From: the human T2T-CHM13v2.0 reference genome, Homo sapiens
Reading direction: 5' to 3' (one strand)
Length of the DNA: 64,000 bases
Assembly (NCBI RefSeq): GCF_009914755.1
Contig: NC_060941.1
Made by a program: the position numbers and the translations under genes. Shown here piece after piece: positions 31,993 to 46,210 of this stretch. Every line of letters begins with the position of its first letter. Position 1 is the stretch's first letter. The notes beneath the pieces are model-generated. The model had not been told where the DNA came from, made no database searches, and was given only the letters and a program-made list of their open reading frames with translations.

Positions 31993-32112
31993 GAAACCCA
32001 ATCTCTACTAAAAATACAAAAATTAGCCAGGCATGGTGGCACATGCCTGTAATCCCAGCTACTTGGGAGGCTGAGGTAGGAGAATCGCTTGAACCCAGGA
32101 GGCGGAGGTTGC
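31993..32112 (+). mobile_element. Internal Alu fragment without head or tail
   Basis: GAAACCCAATCTCTACTAAAAATACAAAAATTAG...GGCGGAGGTTGC, then unrelated sequence. Confidence 0.9.
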
Positions 32113-32383
32113 CTCCTTAATCCAAAGGATTAAGAGCATGGACAAGAAAAGATTTTGGTGAAGAAGATTTCTTCAGGAAAATTGATATTGAGATCTCCCT
32201 CCTGTCTTCACCACAAAGGCGATCCTGCACCAAAGTTGATGGGAGGCAAAACCAGAGCCTGCCCTGGGGACAGCCAGTGTCTGGGTAGACCTTGACTAAC
32301 TTAAAAACTAGTTGGAAATATCTTTGTTTTACTTCTCTTTCCTTTATTTGGTTGAGGTTAAAAATTATAAAAATAGTGCATAT

Positions 32384-33135
<752 letters not shown>

Positions 33136-35320
33136 TAGGGAGAGAAAGTAACGGGGTGGGGGGTAACGAAAAGGTGAGAAGTCCATCTTCTGAGGTCCAT
33201 CTTCCCAAAACCCCTGTTTCTATTCTACTCAGTTGGTCTGTATCCTTACTTCCTCAATAAACTTTTGGTACAAACTTCCTGCTTCAAAGACTCTTGACCT
33301 TCTGAACTTCTACCTAATTCTCTACTCCATTCCTGAAGACTGCCCTCCACCCTCACCCCCACTTTATGCCTTTGTCGCCATGATGGATCCTGCTCACCAT
33401 TCCTCCTCGGTGCACCCCCACTCACCTAGGTCTGCTGTGCACACAAGGTCACAGCCTTGACCTTCTTGCCCTCCCCAACAGGACACATATCTTGCCTCTT
33501 CGGCTTCTTGCCCAGCACACAATGAGACTCACATGTCCAGAAATCTTGCCTTAGAGTCCCCTTCCTCCCCAACCTCACTGATCCGACCATCTGCTAGAAG
33601 CCAAGCTCCAGCCACCTGCTTGAGGACTGCTTTTGTGTCTCAGTGCTGAGGATCCCAGGGTAAACTGCTAGGGTGAGAAAATTCTCACGTTGGCCCTTGA
33701 AATTTCCCATATTTTTCCTTTAGGACTAGTATGGCAGTTATATCCATTTGTCAAAATACAGGGACCAGTGCTTGTAAAGGAGGAAAATATAACTGTTGGA
33801 GAAACATTTACTGTTAGAAAATCTTCATGTGAAGTGTATAAAATTAAATTGAGGCTTGGAGTTCAAACTTCTTCCCCTGATTAATCCTTTGTGTTTCTAT
33901 GAATACACTAGTAAAATACAAGCCCAGTATGTTGGAAAAACAATACCTTAAACCTTTGAGTGAGGTTGACCCAGGAGCACTGAATAGCTTACTTGAGATG
34001 GTAGTTTCCTGAGGAGATACCTCCCAGAAGGCTGTGTTAGGTTGGTGAGAACTTTGCGTTGAGCATTAGGGAGCTGAAGCAAGTCTTTTCACCATTCTGG
34101 ATTTTGGTTTCCTCACCTGCAATAGCACAGGGTACGTGAGTTCTTTCAGCCTTACCATTCCAATTATTTTAAAAAATGATCAAAATCTTTTAAATTTGGG
34201 ATTACAGGCATGTGCCACCATGCCTGGCTAATTTTCGATTTTTGGGGGAACAAAATTCAACTCATAGCATAGGGAGAGAAAGTAAAGGGATGGGGAATAA
34301 CAAAAAAATGAGAAGTCCATCTTCTGAGGTCCATCTTCCTAAAACCCCTGTTTCTGTTCTACTCAGTTGGTCTGTATGCTTACTTCCTTTAGGAATAGTA
34401 TAGCATTAAGCACATTAAGCCTGTTAAATATTTACATCCCAATTCAATACATTTATACACTTTTGTTGCCAGAAAATAATACAGTGACCTTTTATTTCTG
34501 TAACAATACTCACTCTACCCAAACCTAGGAGACAAATAAATCTACAAGTTATTTACAGAAAATTTAAAAACTATATGAATCTGGAAAACTTACAGCCCTC
34601 AATTCAACTTTCTGAAATTCAGGGTTTCATTTTTTTCCCCCAAACACACGAGCCAGTCTAAATTTTTTTTTATCTGAACACATTGTCCAGATACATCTTG
34701 ATCCATCCCTTTCATGAAGGAATGCAGCCAAAAGTTTCTTCCTCCCTGAAAAGCAATTCTCTAAATCAAGACCAACTTTTTAATGATTCAAAGTCAAAGA
34801 CGCATTTTGGATGTTGCAAAAAGCCGTTTAGCCAGAAGACCATGCTTCTCATTTGCCCTAATGAAGCAGTGGCTTAAGGTTTGGGAAAAGTTCTTTGGAG
34901 ATTATGTACGACTATATCTACAGGTACATAGAGCCATTCAAAGTAGAATTTTGCAACCATATTTTCAGGCGATCACAGAAGTCTCTCATAAAATCAATTC
35001 TTCATTTTAAAAAAAGTTATATTATTTAAAGTACAATCTATGTGTACATAGACTAATAATTTGGCCAGAAATGTGTGTAGCCTGTTTGGGACTCAGGAGT
35101 GCAGTGGTGGTTTGGAAACAGATTGGGGTTGGCTGGTAGCTGTGGACATTCACTGGTGGCACATTTGGTATCCATTTCCTTTCTGCTTCCTTCCCCTTTG
35201 GAGGAAGCATCTGCCTGCATTTTGTGGCTGCCTAGCATTTTGTTTGGAGTTCCAGGGTAAGCGCTGCTTGGAATAAGCACATCTAGGAAATCCCATCTCG
35301 TTTGGATTAGCCAAACAGGC

Positions 35321-35648
35321 TGCTATGCTCTAAATGTTTGTGTCCTCCCAAAATTCATGTTGAAATCCTACCCCATAAAGTGATAGTATTAACAGGTGAG
35401 GGCTTTGGGAGGTGATGAAATCACAAGGGTAGAGCCTCATGAATGGGATTAGAGCACTCATTAAAGAGGCCTGAGAGAGACCCCGTTGGCCCTCCTGCCA
35501 TGTAAATGGGCCCTCACCAGACACCACATTTCCTGGCCCATTGATCTTGGACTCTCCAGGCTCCAGAACTGAGAGCAAGAGATTTCTGTAGTTTAGAAGC
35601 TACCCAGTCTATGGTATTTTTCTAGAGCACCCCAAAAGGACTAAGACA
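35321..35648 (+). mobile_element. MLT1A0 solo LTR
   Basis: TG...CA termini; TSD CAGGC/CAGCC. Confidence 0.88.
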
Positions 35649-35714
35649 CAGCCCATAGCTTTCCTCTGGCCACAGGGATTTGCTCAGAGTTGCTCGGGTA
35701 GCATAAAAATCAGG

Positions 35715-35999
35715 GGCCGGGCGCGGTGGCTCATGCCTGTAATCCCAGCACTTTGGGAGGCCAAGGGTGGGGGGGGGGAGCGGATCACGAGGTCAGGAGT
35801 TCAAGACCAGTCTGACCAACATGGTGAAACCCCGTTTCTACTAAAAATACAAAAATTAGCCAGGCGTGGTGGCACGCGCCAATGATCCCAGCTACTCAGG
35901 AGGCTGAGGCAGGAGAATAGCTTGAACCCCAGGGGGGTGGAGGTTGCAGTGAGCAGAGATCGCACTACTGCAAAAAAAAAAAAAGAAAGAAAAAAAAGA
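35715..35999 (+). mobile_element. AluS with G-run expansions and a 3' deletion
   Basis: GGATCACGAGGTCAGGAGTT; A-tail directly after CACTACTGC. Confidence 0.9.
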
Positions 36000-37512
36000 A
36001 ACTCAGGACTTCTGTGGGAAATGGCTCTGTTTGAGGAATCATAAAGCCCTAGTTTCTGCTGCTGGTAGCGACTTTACCATCATGAGGAAGGCAAAGCTGA
36101 TATGAGCTAAGACGAAAACATGAGCGAATTGCAGAGAACTCTTGTGGTGAGAGTGGGGAACAGTGGAAGGAGGGAGGAGACAGTGAACACAAACCAATAA
36201 ATAAATGAGGTGAGCATGCAAATAAATGAAATGGGGTCATATGATGTGTGGTGAAGAGAGGATGGGAGCCTGCCTTTGATGGGCTGGGCAGGGAGACGTG
36301 TGCCACAGCCCCATTGTGGACGCCAGGAAGCTGAGCTAGGGGGATTTCACATGAATGAGGGCATCGGCCATGTGTCTTTGCAGCAGACTTACAGTATGTA
36401 TGTGTCAATTCCTCGGGACTCGGTGGACCTGACCCTCTTGTGTCTTTCCTGGCCTCTGGTGTCATAGATCCTGTGCAGTGTCTTGCTCACTTCAGTGGGT
36501 CCAAGTTTAGGTTTTTGCAGTTTCGCAAAGGGGTGTATGAACAAAAGGAAATAAACACATTTGTGTCTTACCCTTAGACTATGTCTGCTGAAAGAGAAGG
36601 AGACGGATTTTACCTTGGAGCGTCCCTCCCGGAAGACTTGCCAAGGAATGCACTTTGGACTGGAAGAATTTCCACAGCTGTGTGGAGGGTGGTGTTCTGA
36701 TGGCCAAGCCCCAAATGATGTTGTTGGCCCATGTGGAAGACTTGATCTTTGCAGGGAGGTCAAGGAAACCTAGCAAAAATGATGGAAGGTAGGAAGGCAA
36801 GAATGGTAGGAGAAATATGAAAAGAATTGGGAGTTTTTCTCCTTGAGCAGAGGCACCTAAAAGCAGACAACTTTTACATAGTAGCTTGATTTTGAGGAAG
36901 TCCTTTTTCTGGGCCTCAGTTTGCTCATCTGGGAAATGAAGGAGATTAACAATATGATCCATACAGTTGCTTTCGGCCCTAAATTCTGTGATTCGAGGAA
37001 AAATTACATATATGAAAGATTTTTATGCATAAGCAAGGGTCTGTTTTCCAACTCCATTGCAACAAAAGAGGAAAATATGAGATCTGAAGCAGAACTTCTT
37101 GACTTTGAGAATTTTTTCTCTAGGAGAAAACAATGGATGTTTTAAAATGCCAGTTTCTTGGAAATTTATAAGGAAATAATACATTGCTATTTTTTTTTCT
37201 GGGATGAAATTATCTAAAGGATCCACCCCCTAAAAATGTGAATTTGAATTTGCATGGAAGTTAATATATTAAAATGTAAACGCCAGGTTCTAAGTTCTTA
37301 AAAAAAGTTCTTGCATGTCAGCAGGGGAGGTGTGAGGTGACTTCTTTAGCAAGTTACTTGTGCATTTTTAGCTATATGAATCCCTCTTAAAGAGGAGATA
37401 CTTTCTAAATTGAGCAAGTGCGTTTTATAATCCTGAGATGGACACAGAGCAAAATTTGGAAGCATTAGTTTTTAAAAAAATATTATTAAAACCATGCTCT
37501 AAGTTTAAAAAA

Positions 37513-37981
37513 TGTGGAAGGCAGAGTAACGTATCTTCCATCTCCCCAAGATAGCCAAGTGCTTATCCTAGGAGTTTGCAATATGTTAATTTACAGGGCT
37601 AAAGAGAGTTTGCAGATGTGCTTAAAGTAAGGATTTGAGATGAGATTATCCTGGGTTGCCCAATGTAATCATAGGAGCTCCGAAAAGATGGAAGAGGGAG
37701 GCAGAGAAGGAATGTGTCCACAGAAACAGAGCCTGGAGTGATGTGATTGGCAGAAGGGGCATTAGCTAAGGAATTCACCAGTCTGCTAGAATCCAGAAAA
37801 GGCAACAAAACAAATTATCCCTCAGAGCCCCTGCAGGCAGCATGGCCCCACTGACACCTTGATTTTGGCCCAGTGAACCCATTTCAGGCCTCTGATTTCC
37901 AGCACTGTAAGATAATAAATGTTTGTTGTTTTAGGCATTATGATTGTGGTCATTTGTTACAGCAGATAGGAAATTCATACA
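37513..37981 (+). mobile_element. MLT1D solo LTR
   Basis: TGTGGAAGGCAGA...TTTGCAGATGTG...GAGATTATCCTGG...ATTTGTTACAGCAG...AATTCATACA. Confidence 0.85.
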
Positions 37982-38693
37982 AAAAGAGAAGGCAAAATGA
38001 ATTGATGCAGGAAAAAACAGTTAAGAAAAGGAGCAGGAGAGTCAAGATGAACAGGAAACAGAAGGAGCAGAAGAGTCAAGATGAACAGGAAACAGGAGAC
38101 GCAAAACTGGGCTCCGGAGGGGCCAGGGGTGCTGCTGCCAGGGGCTGTGGACCTGGGCTGCTGATCTCCTGGAAGCAGGTGGAATGTGTGGGGCCAGAGG
38201 GGCTAAGAGAGGAAGAAGGTGATGGGCTGTGAGGGTAGTCAGAACAACGTTCCCTGCCTAGTTGTCCCAGTGATACGGCTTCAATGGCTGGAGGAACACC
38301 ATGGTTCTTAGTCTCGCACCGATTTTGATAAAACGACACGGACACACGTGGAGTGGTTCTAAGGAGCGAAAAGTTTATTAGGCAAGAAAGAAGGAAGGAA
38401 GGAAGAAGAAAACAGCTCCCCTGTACAGAGACAGAAGGAGGGGGGGATTCGAACAAAGAGAAAACCCTGTGTGCGGTGGAAAAGTGGCTGCTTATATTCC
38501 TATGCTGGTGGAGGTGATGTCTGATTTGCATAGGGCCCAGGGGATTGGTTTGACCAGATGTGTCATTTACGTAACCCGTGAAAAACCTGGCCCTCCAACC
38601 TAAGCCCTTTAAATACGTAAATGTGGGTTGCCATGATGTTCTGAACACACGGTGTTATCTGGAGGTGGCCATGACACTTGGTACACCTGGCGA

Positions 38694-39790
38694 TGAGAGG
38701 TGACAGCATGCTGGCAGTGCTCGCAGCCCTCGCTCGCTCTCGGTGCCGCCTGGCCTCGGCGCCCATTCTGGCCGCGCTTGAGGAGCCCTTCAACCCGCCA
38801 CTGCACTGTGGGATCCCCTTTCTGGGCAGGCCAAGGCCGGAGCCAGCTCCCTCAGCTTGCAGAGAGGTGTGGAGGGAGAGGCGCGGGCGGGAACCGGGGC
38901 TGCGTGCCGCGGCGCTTGCGGGCCAGCGCGAGTTCCGGGTGGGCGTGGGCTCGGTGGGCCCCGCCCTCGGAGCGGCCGGCTAGCCCCGCCGGCCCGGGCA
39001 GTGAGGGCCTTAGCACCTGGGCCAGCAGCTGCTGTGCTCGGTTTCTCGCCGGGCCTTAGGTGCCTCCCCGCGGGGCAGGGCTCGGGACCTGCAGCCCACC
39101 ACGCCTGAGCGCCCCCGCCCCCCGCCGTGGGCTCCTGCGCGGCCGGAGCCTCTCCGACAAGCGCCGCCCCCTGCTCCACGGTGCCCAGTCCCATCGACCG
39201 CCCAAGGGCTGAGGAGTGCGGCCGCACGGCGCGGAACTGGCAGGCAGCTCCACCTGCAGCCCCGAGCAGGATCCACTGGGTGAAGCCAGCTGGGCTCCTG
39301 AGTCTGGTGGGGACTTGGAGAACCTTTATACCTAGCTAAGGGATTGTAAATACACTAATCAGCACTCTGTATCTAGCTCAAGGTTTGTATATACACCAAT
39401 CAGCACCCTGTGTCTAGCTCAGGGTTTGTGAATTCACCATTAGGCACTCTGTATCTAGTCAGTCTGGTGGGGACTTGGAGAACCTTTATGTCTAGCTAAG
39501 GGATTGTAAATACACCAATCAGCACTCTGTATCTAGCTCAAGGTTTGTAAACACACCAATCAGCACTCTGTGTTTAGCTCAGGGTTTGTAAATACATCAA
39601 TGGACACTCTGTATTTAGCTAATCTAGTGGGGACGTGCAGAGCTTTTGTGTCTAGCTCAGGGATTGTAAATGCACCAATCAGTACCCTGTCAAAACGGAC
39701 CAATCAGCTCTCTGTAAAACAGACCAATTGGCTCTCTGTAAAATGGACCAATCAGCAGGATGTGGGTGGGGCCAGATAAGGGAATAAAAC
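38694..39790 (+). promoter_or_regulatory. LTR12C U3: CpG-island-like segment, NF-Y CCAAT array and core promoter
   Basis: Dense retained CpGs ~38720-39270; 7 intact CCAAT between 39396 and 39752; GTGGGTGGGG box; AGATAA at 39774; TATA-like AATAAAA at 39783. Confidence 0.75.
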
Positions 39791-40193
39791 CAGGCTGCCC
39801 GAGCTAGCAGTAGTAATTTGCTTGGGTCCTCTTCTAATGTGTGGCAGGTTTGTTTTTTCGCTCTTTGCAATTAAATCTTGCCATTGCTCACTCTTTGGGT
39901 CCACACTGCTTTTATGAGCTGTAACACTCACCGCGAAGGTCTGCAGCCTCGCTGCTGAAGCCAGCGAGACCACGAACCCACCGGGAGGAACGAACAACTA
40001 CAGCTGCGCCGCCTTAAGAGCTGTAACACCGCGAAGGTCTGCAGCTTCACTTCTGAGCCAGCGAGACCACGAACCCACTAGAAGGAAGAAACTCCGGACA
40101 TGCCCCCTTTAAGAACTGTTAACACTCAGCGCGAGGGTCCGAGGCTTCTTTCTTGAAGTCAGTGAGACCAAGAACCCACCAATTCTGGACACA
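38694..40193 (+). mobile_element. LTR12C (HERV9) solo LTR
   Basis: TGAGAGGTGACAGCATGCTGGCAG start; GC-rich U3; tandem CCAATCAGCAC repeats; ends CCAATTCTGGACACA; TSD GCGA/GTGA. Confidence 0.93.
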
Positions 40194-40881
40194 GTGACAA
40201 GGAAAAGACAGCGGTAATTGCCACATTGAGTGAACCAAGTTTCTAAATGGCTGGCATTTGCATATTAAAGGTTGCCTGCCCGGCCCTTCAAGCCACCTTT
40301 TCTGTTAGAAAAGAGATGGTTCGGGGCTGTTTTTTTATTACAGGAAAATTTCCTCCGAGAACCTTTACCCTGAGTAGCTGCCTGGAAATTATTTCTTAAG
40401 AACACCTGTATCACCAGCCTGCATCTCCCTCAAAGCAGAACCTGAGATAAAAAGGCTTCTGTGTGAGTGTTTTTTCTGAGAATGAGGGAAATACAGAAAG
40501 ACGGTGGAAGTGGGGAAGGAAAGCTCCTAAGAGTACGCAGTATTGAAATGGTCCCTGCCTGCAGGTGGCTGGTTTCTGACCAGGGTAGGTGTGCCGCCAG
40601 GCCTGGTGAGAGGGGCTCTTGCTTTTCTAGACACTGCCTCCCTGTGCTCTACCATGCTGTAGACTCATTTCTATTAATGAGTTGCTCCGTCAATATGCAA
40701 CTCACATTTGGTGACAATTATTTTCATTAAATAACCAGATGAACAGCCTCTCTGAGTATTTGAGTAAAGAACAAAGGCCGTTTTGGGGGAAGTCGGACCT
40801 GAATGGGTCTTGGTGCACAAGAAGCTGAGAAAGCAGGAGAGAAGAATCCAGAGGAAAAAGAGGGATTCACACAGGAGGTAG

Positions 40882-41296
<415 letters not shown>

Positions 41297-42199
41297 TAGA
41301 ACTCTTCAGTGTTACCTTCATCGGAAGCCTGGCCTTCTCATTCCACCTCACCTCCTTCTAGCTGTGTCCTTTCTGGGGTGCACACATCTCTCGAGAGCAG
41401 GGAACAATCTGCTGACTTTAGGGAATGCTATTGGCCTCATGATGCTCCCTGGTATCACAGGGACAGTTTAAATATTTCAAATTTGAGGGCTAGGAATCCC
41501 TTTGGGCTCTCTGACCCTTATCACCATTGTGGCATTTTAATAATTTCATCTTAGTCATCTACTCACTGCTCTCCACTTAAACCATTCATCATAATTTGTG
41601 GTTGGCGTTATCTGGACAGGTTGGGGGAATGAGCTGCAATTGTGACTTCTGCCCCCAATTCAATGATATTTATTCTGGGTAGGGTCTTTCACCAATCTCA
41701 TTTTGTCTTAGTGGTCTCTCAGCATTTTTGAAACACGTGCCCATGAGCATAGGAAAGTCCCCAAAGAAGGGGGGACACTTCCAACTACTCAGCAAGAAGG
41801 ACCTTTTTCAGATTCCCCCGTGTCCTTCTTGGATTACTATGATCAGGACCCAGCATCAGTCTGCAGGGAAAGTGCTAATAGCGCATGCATTTTACTGACT
41901 AATTGGAGAAAAAGGAGGAAGGGAGACCAATGTTCTGAGACTAAAGGGGATGCAGATCTCCCCATGTGGCTTTGTCCCATCCATAGATAAGGAAATCCAG
42001 GATAGGTCCTACATCCAGGAATAAGCCTCACCCAGGAGCGTTTTGGTCCCCTTCTTAAAGCCTCACTATGGGGAGTCAGAACTCTTGGAAAGTAGCTCCT
42101 CCCACAGGCTCTTATTGAGACAAATGTTCTAGGCTCAAGCCTTGGATGTTTCAGGGCTCCCTGATTTTGTGTCCTATTGAGGTGGAGACAATGCCACAG

Positions 42200-42500
42200 G
42201 TGCACTTGCTTTGTTTCTTCCTTTCCCTGGACACTGGGGAAGACTGTTACTTCCAGCCTTCCTAGCAGGTGGGTTGGGAGCATGTGACTAATTCTGGCCA
42301 ATGAGTGAAATGGAAGAGACACGCATCACTTTTGCGCTGAAACGTGGCTGAGTGGGAAGGAGGTCTCCAGGCTTTCCCATCTCGTGCAGAGACTCCCACC
42401 AACCCCCTCTGGATGTGTAGCATAAGGGAGAAGTAAATCCTCACTGAAATTTTGAGACTAACTTGTTACCACAGCATAACCTCGCTGATTCTGATTATTA
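42200..42500 (+). mobile_element. MLT1I/J-like LTR fragment
   Basis: CATGTGACTAATTCTGGCCAATGAG; TTGTTACCACAGCATAACCT. Confidence 0.6.
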
Positions 42501-43614
42501 GCAAGGATAGCCCGTGTAATAGTTTGGACATTTGGAAATTTTCTTTCTCATTGAAATTTCCCACATTTTCTTTTCTTTCCTTCTTAATGCATTTAAGTGC
42601 TTATTCTATATTGAGAATATAATGGGAGGAAACAAATAATTCTTGAAAGAGAAATTGCAAAACGGGTGATGTTTAACTGGAGTTGTTTCATGCTTGGTAC
42701 CCTGTGGGGGTATAACTCGGATGGTGGAGTAAATGGAGAGTGACACAGATTTTGGCCAGATAGAGCCATAGGGAGTGACGTCTGGGGCAGGGTGTATTTA
42801 TGCTATCAAGATGGCATTTCTGGTCACAGCGGCCCGCTTTCCTTTTAATAGTTTCTATATTCCTACTCTGTATAAAACTCTGTGTTTAAGTGTGAGCACA
42901 GAGCCACAGGTCATATTTGGCCAGGATTGGAGAGAGTAGGGGAGGAAGAATTCATTGGCAGATGAGGACACAGCACAAATTTGGATTTTGGCATGCGTTT
43001 TCCAGCAGTTGCATGAAGGAAACCCAATCTTCCCTTCAAGACATCTCATTTTTGCCTTCCACCTGGACTTGTTCTCGGGGATCTGCTTTCCAGTCCAAAG
43101 GGACCGTTTCCTTTCTGTCCCTCAATGCCTGTGCTAGTTGTTATTTGCCGTGATGTCTGTTGCTATCGTTCCTTTATTTCAATTCCACTCCTGGGCCTGG
43201 CCTTCTAGGAGGCTCTCCATGCTCCCAACAGTTCTCTCCCCCATAACTCCCTGGCCATTAACCTGTTTTATTGTCATGGTTTGATGGTGAAAAGTTGCTC
43301 TTTGCTTTCCAAAATGACAGCTAGCTGATGCGTTTGTCCCATCCCTATCATTGTGGGCACTTATGTGGATGGCTGATTTCATAGGAATGGGGAGGGATAT
43401 GGATTCACTTCTTCCTGCCAAAGTGGGTAAAAATATACCACAGTCCTTCCCCCAAAGAGGTAGATATTTGAGCCAGTTCTTTATCTGCCTCAGAGCAAGG
43501 ATTCTCAGTGCTGGCTGCAAAGTCGAACCACCCGCAGGGTTTCACTAATACTAATGTACAGCTCCGTCTTCATATAAAGAGATCGGTTTTTTCTTTTTTG
43601 GAGTTGGGTGTTGG

Positions 43615-44015
43615 CGTTCATTTAATCATTCACTAATCAACAATCAACAGTGATTGATGAATGATGATCAAGTGATGTCTTATGCTACGGACTATCCTAG
43701 GGGCTGGGGATATAGTGATAAGAAAGACAAACCCGCTTCCCCATTCCAGCGGAGGTTACATTGTAGTTGAGGAGTGAGGACAGGCACTAAATAAGCCTCA
43801 CAATAAGTAACCAGAGTAATTTCAGACGGTGACATGTGCTGTGGATGAAGGTAGGGAGTGTAATGGAGGGAGCCTGAGGCAGGTGTGTTGTTCACTTAAT
43901 ATGGATGCTTCTGGAAGGTTCACCGAGAAGGTGACAATGAGGCTGGTATTTGAAAGGCAGGAGGTGACCTGTCATGAAATGTCTGGGGCGGAGTGGTCAA
44001 GGCTGAGGGAACTGG
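43615..44015 (-). mobile_element. L2
   Basis: GGGATATAGTGATAAGAAAGACAAA; GAGAAGGTGACAATGAG...GAAAGGCAGGAGG. Confidence 0.65.
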
Positions 44016-44667
44016 GGATTCACCTGTCCTCAGACAAGAATTGGCTTAGGATACTTCAGGACCAATAAACAAGGCCAGTGTGCCTTGAGGAAGAAACTGA
44101 TGGCAGAAAACCAAGGTAGAGAAATGAAAAAACGGATAGACATAGAGTCAGATCTGCAGGGTGCAGGCTTGCTGGGAGAAATGATTTGCCTCCATAGTAG
44201 TGATTTCTAAAGGTGAAAGCAGGCAGCTTCTCACCACCAGCCAACTACCCAGGCGTTCTGAGGCAGCCAGGTCTACGGGCAGGTTCCTCTCACGCCCCCC
44301 ATCCTTCCCTCCTGTTTCTGGGACCTGTTGGGACCACTGTGCAGGTGGGACAGGTTGCTGTGGCAGTGCTGTGTCCTGCTTTGCCTGGGGCCTGAAGTCC
44401 AAGTCTTCTCTTTCTTTGAGAGCAACGTGGATCAGGTTGTGTCTTTTCTGGACCTCAGTTTCTTTATAGGATGTCGTGAGGATGAAAGAGTAGCATGTGT
44501 GAGGTTGCCTCCCACGTCTGTTCATCTGAGACACAGAACACACTTGGGGAACATTGGTTTCCATTCCTCCTTCTCTGAAATAGCAAAAAAGGACAGAGAA
44601 AAGACACTTTCTTTTCCCAACAATTTTGAATGACAGTAACAGAACTCTGTATCTCTTACTGAAAACT

Positions 44668-45536
<869 letters not shown>

Positions 45537-46210
45537 ATCTTGATGAAATCTCATTGAGAAATAAACAACGTGTAACTATGATTGCTTTTAAACCTGAGGA
45601 ATGGCTGCTGCCCAGACTGAAAGAAAATCGAAAATACTGCTGTTATCTGACTCCCAGAATAGCCGGCTCCTCCTCACTTAACTCTTACAGTTAATCTCCA
45701 GCCCCCAGAGGTGGGCCTCTTACACTTCCTTATCAGGGCACAGAGCATTTCTCAGGCGCTCTTTCCATACACGAAGGACCATAGTTTTAGCTGCAAGATC
45801 TGAGTTTATGTCCAGTCTTTATTTAACAAACAAATGTGTTCTAAGCTGCATTTTGCTTTCTACTTCCTGAAGTTAATAACTATTCTCATTGCGCGCTCCT
45901 TTCCCAGCAAAAAATTGTGGGACTTGAATAATGGAGTATTTTCCTGTCTCCAGTTGGATGACAAGAACTTAAAATTATTTTTAGAAACGCAGTTGCCCAG
46001 AGTGAGTGTAATTCTAACAGGGTTGTCTCCACTCCCTGTTTGTTTTAGCTGGTTCTCACTATGTTTGAATGAGAGTGCAGGCCAAACCACAGTCAACTCT
46101 GAATCCTTGTAAAAAACCTCCCTAGCTCGGCTGTTGAGGAGTGCTACAGGTAATACCCCGTTTTGATGGTTTCCTGTTGTGTTGTCATTTGCCTATATAC
46201 ATGTCAGTCA

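Larger units (their letters stand above)
38271..40413 (-). mobile_element. MER61-like ERV1 solo LTR (host of LTR12C)
   Basis: Minus strand starts TGATACAGG and ends GAAGCCGTATCA; perfect 4-bp TSD CCAG at 38267-38270 and 40414-40417. Confidence 0.75.

Noticed and set aside
38678-39339. Overlapping GC-rich ORFs or a host-gene CpG-island promoter
   Set aside because: Entirely within LTR12C U3; stop codons are scarce because of GC content.
39300-39760. ~40-bp tandem repeats as a novel array
   Set aside because: These are the standard U3 enhancer repeats of LTR12/HERV9.
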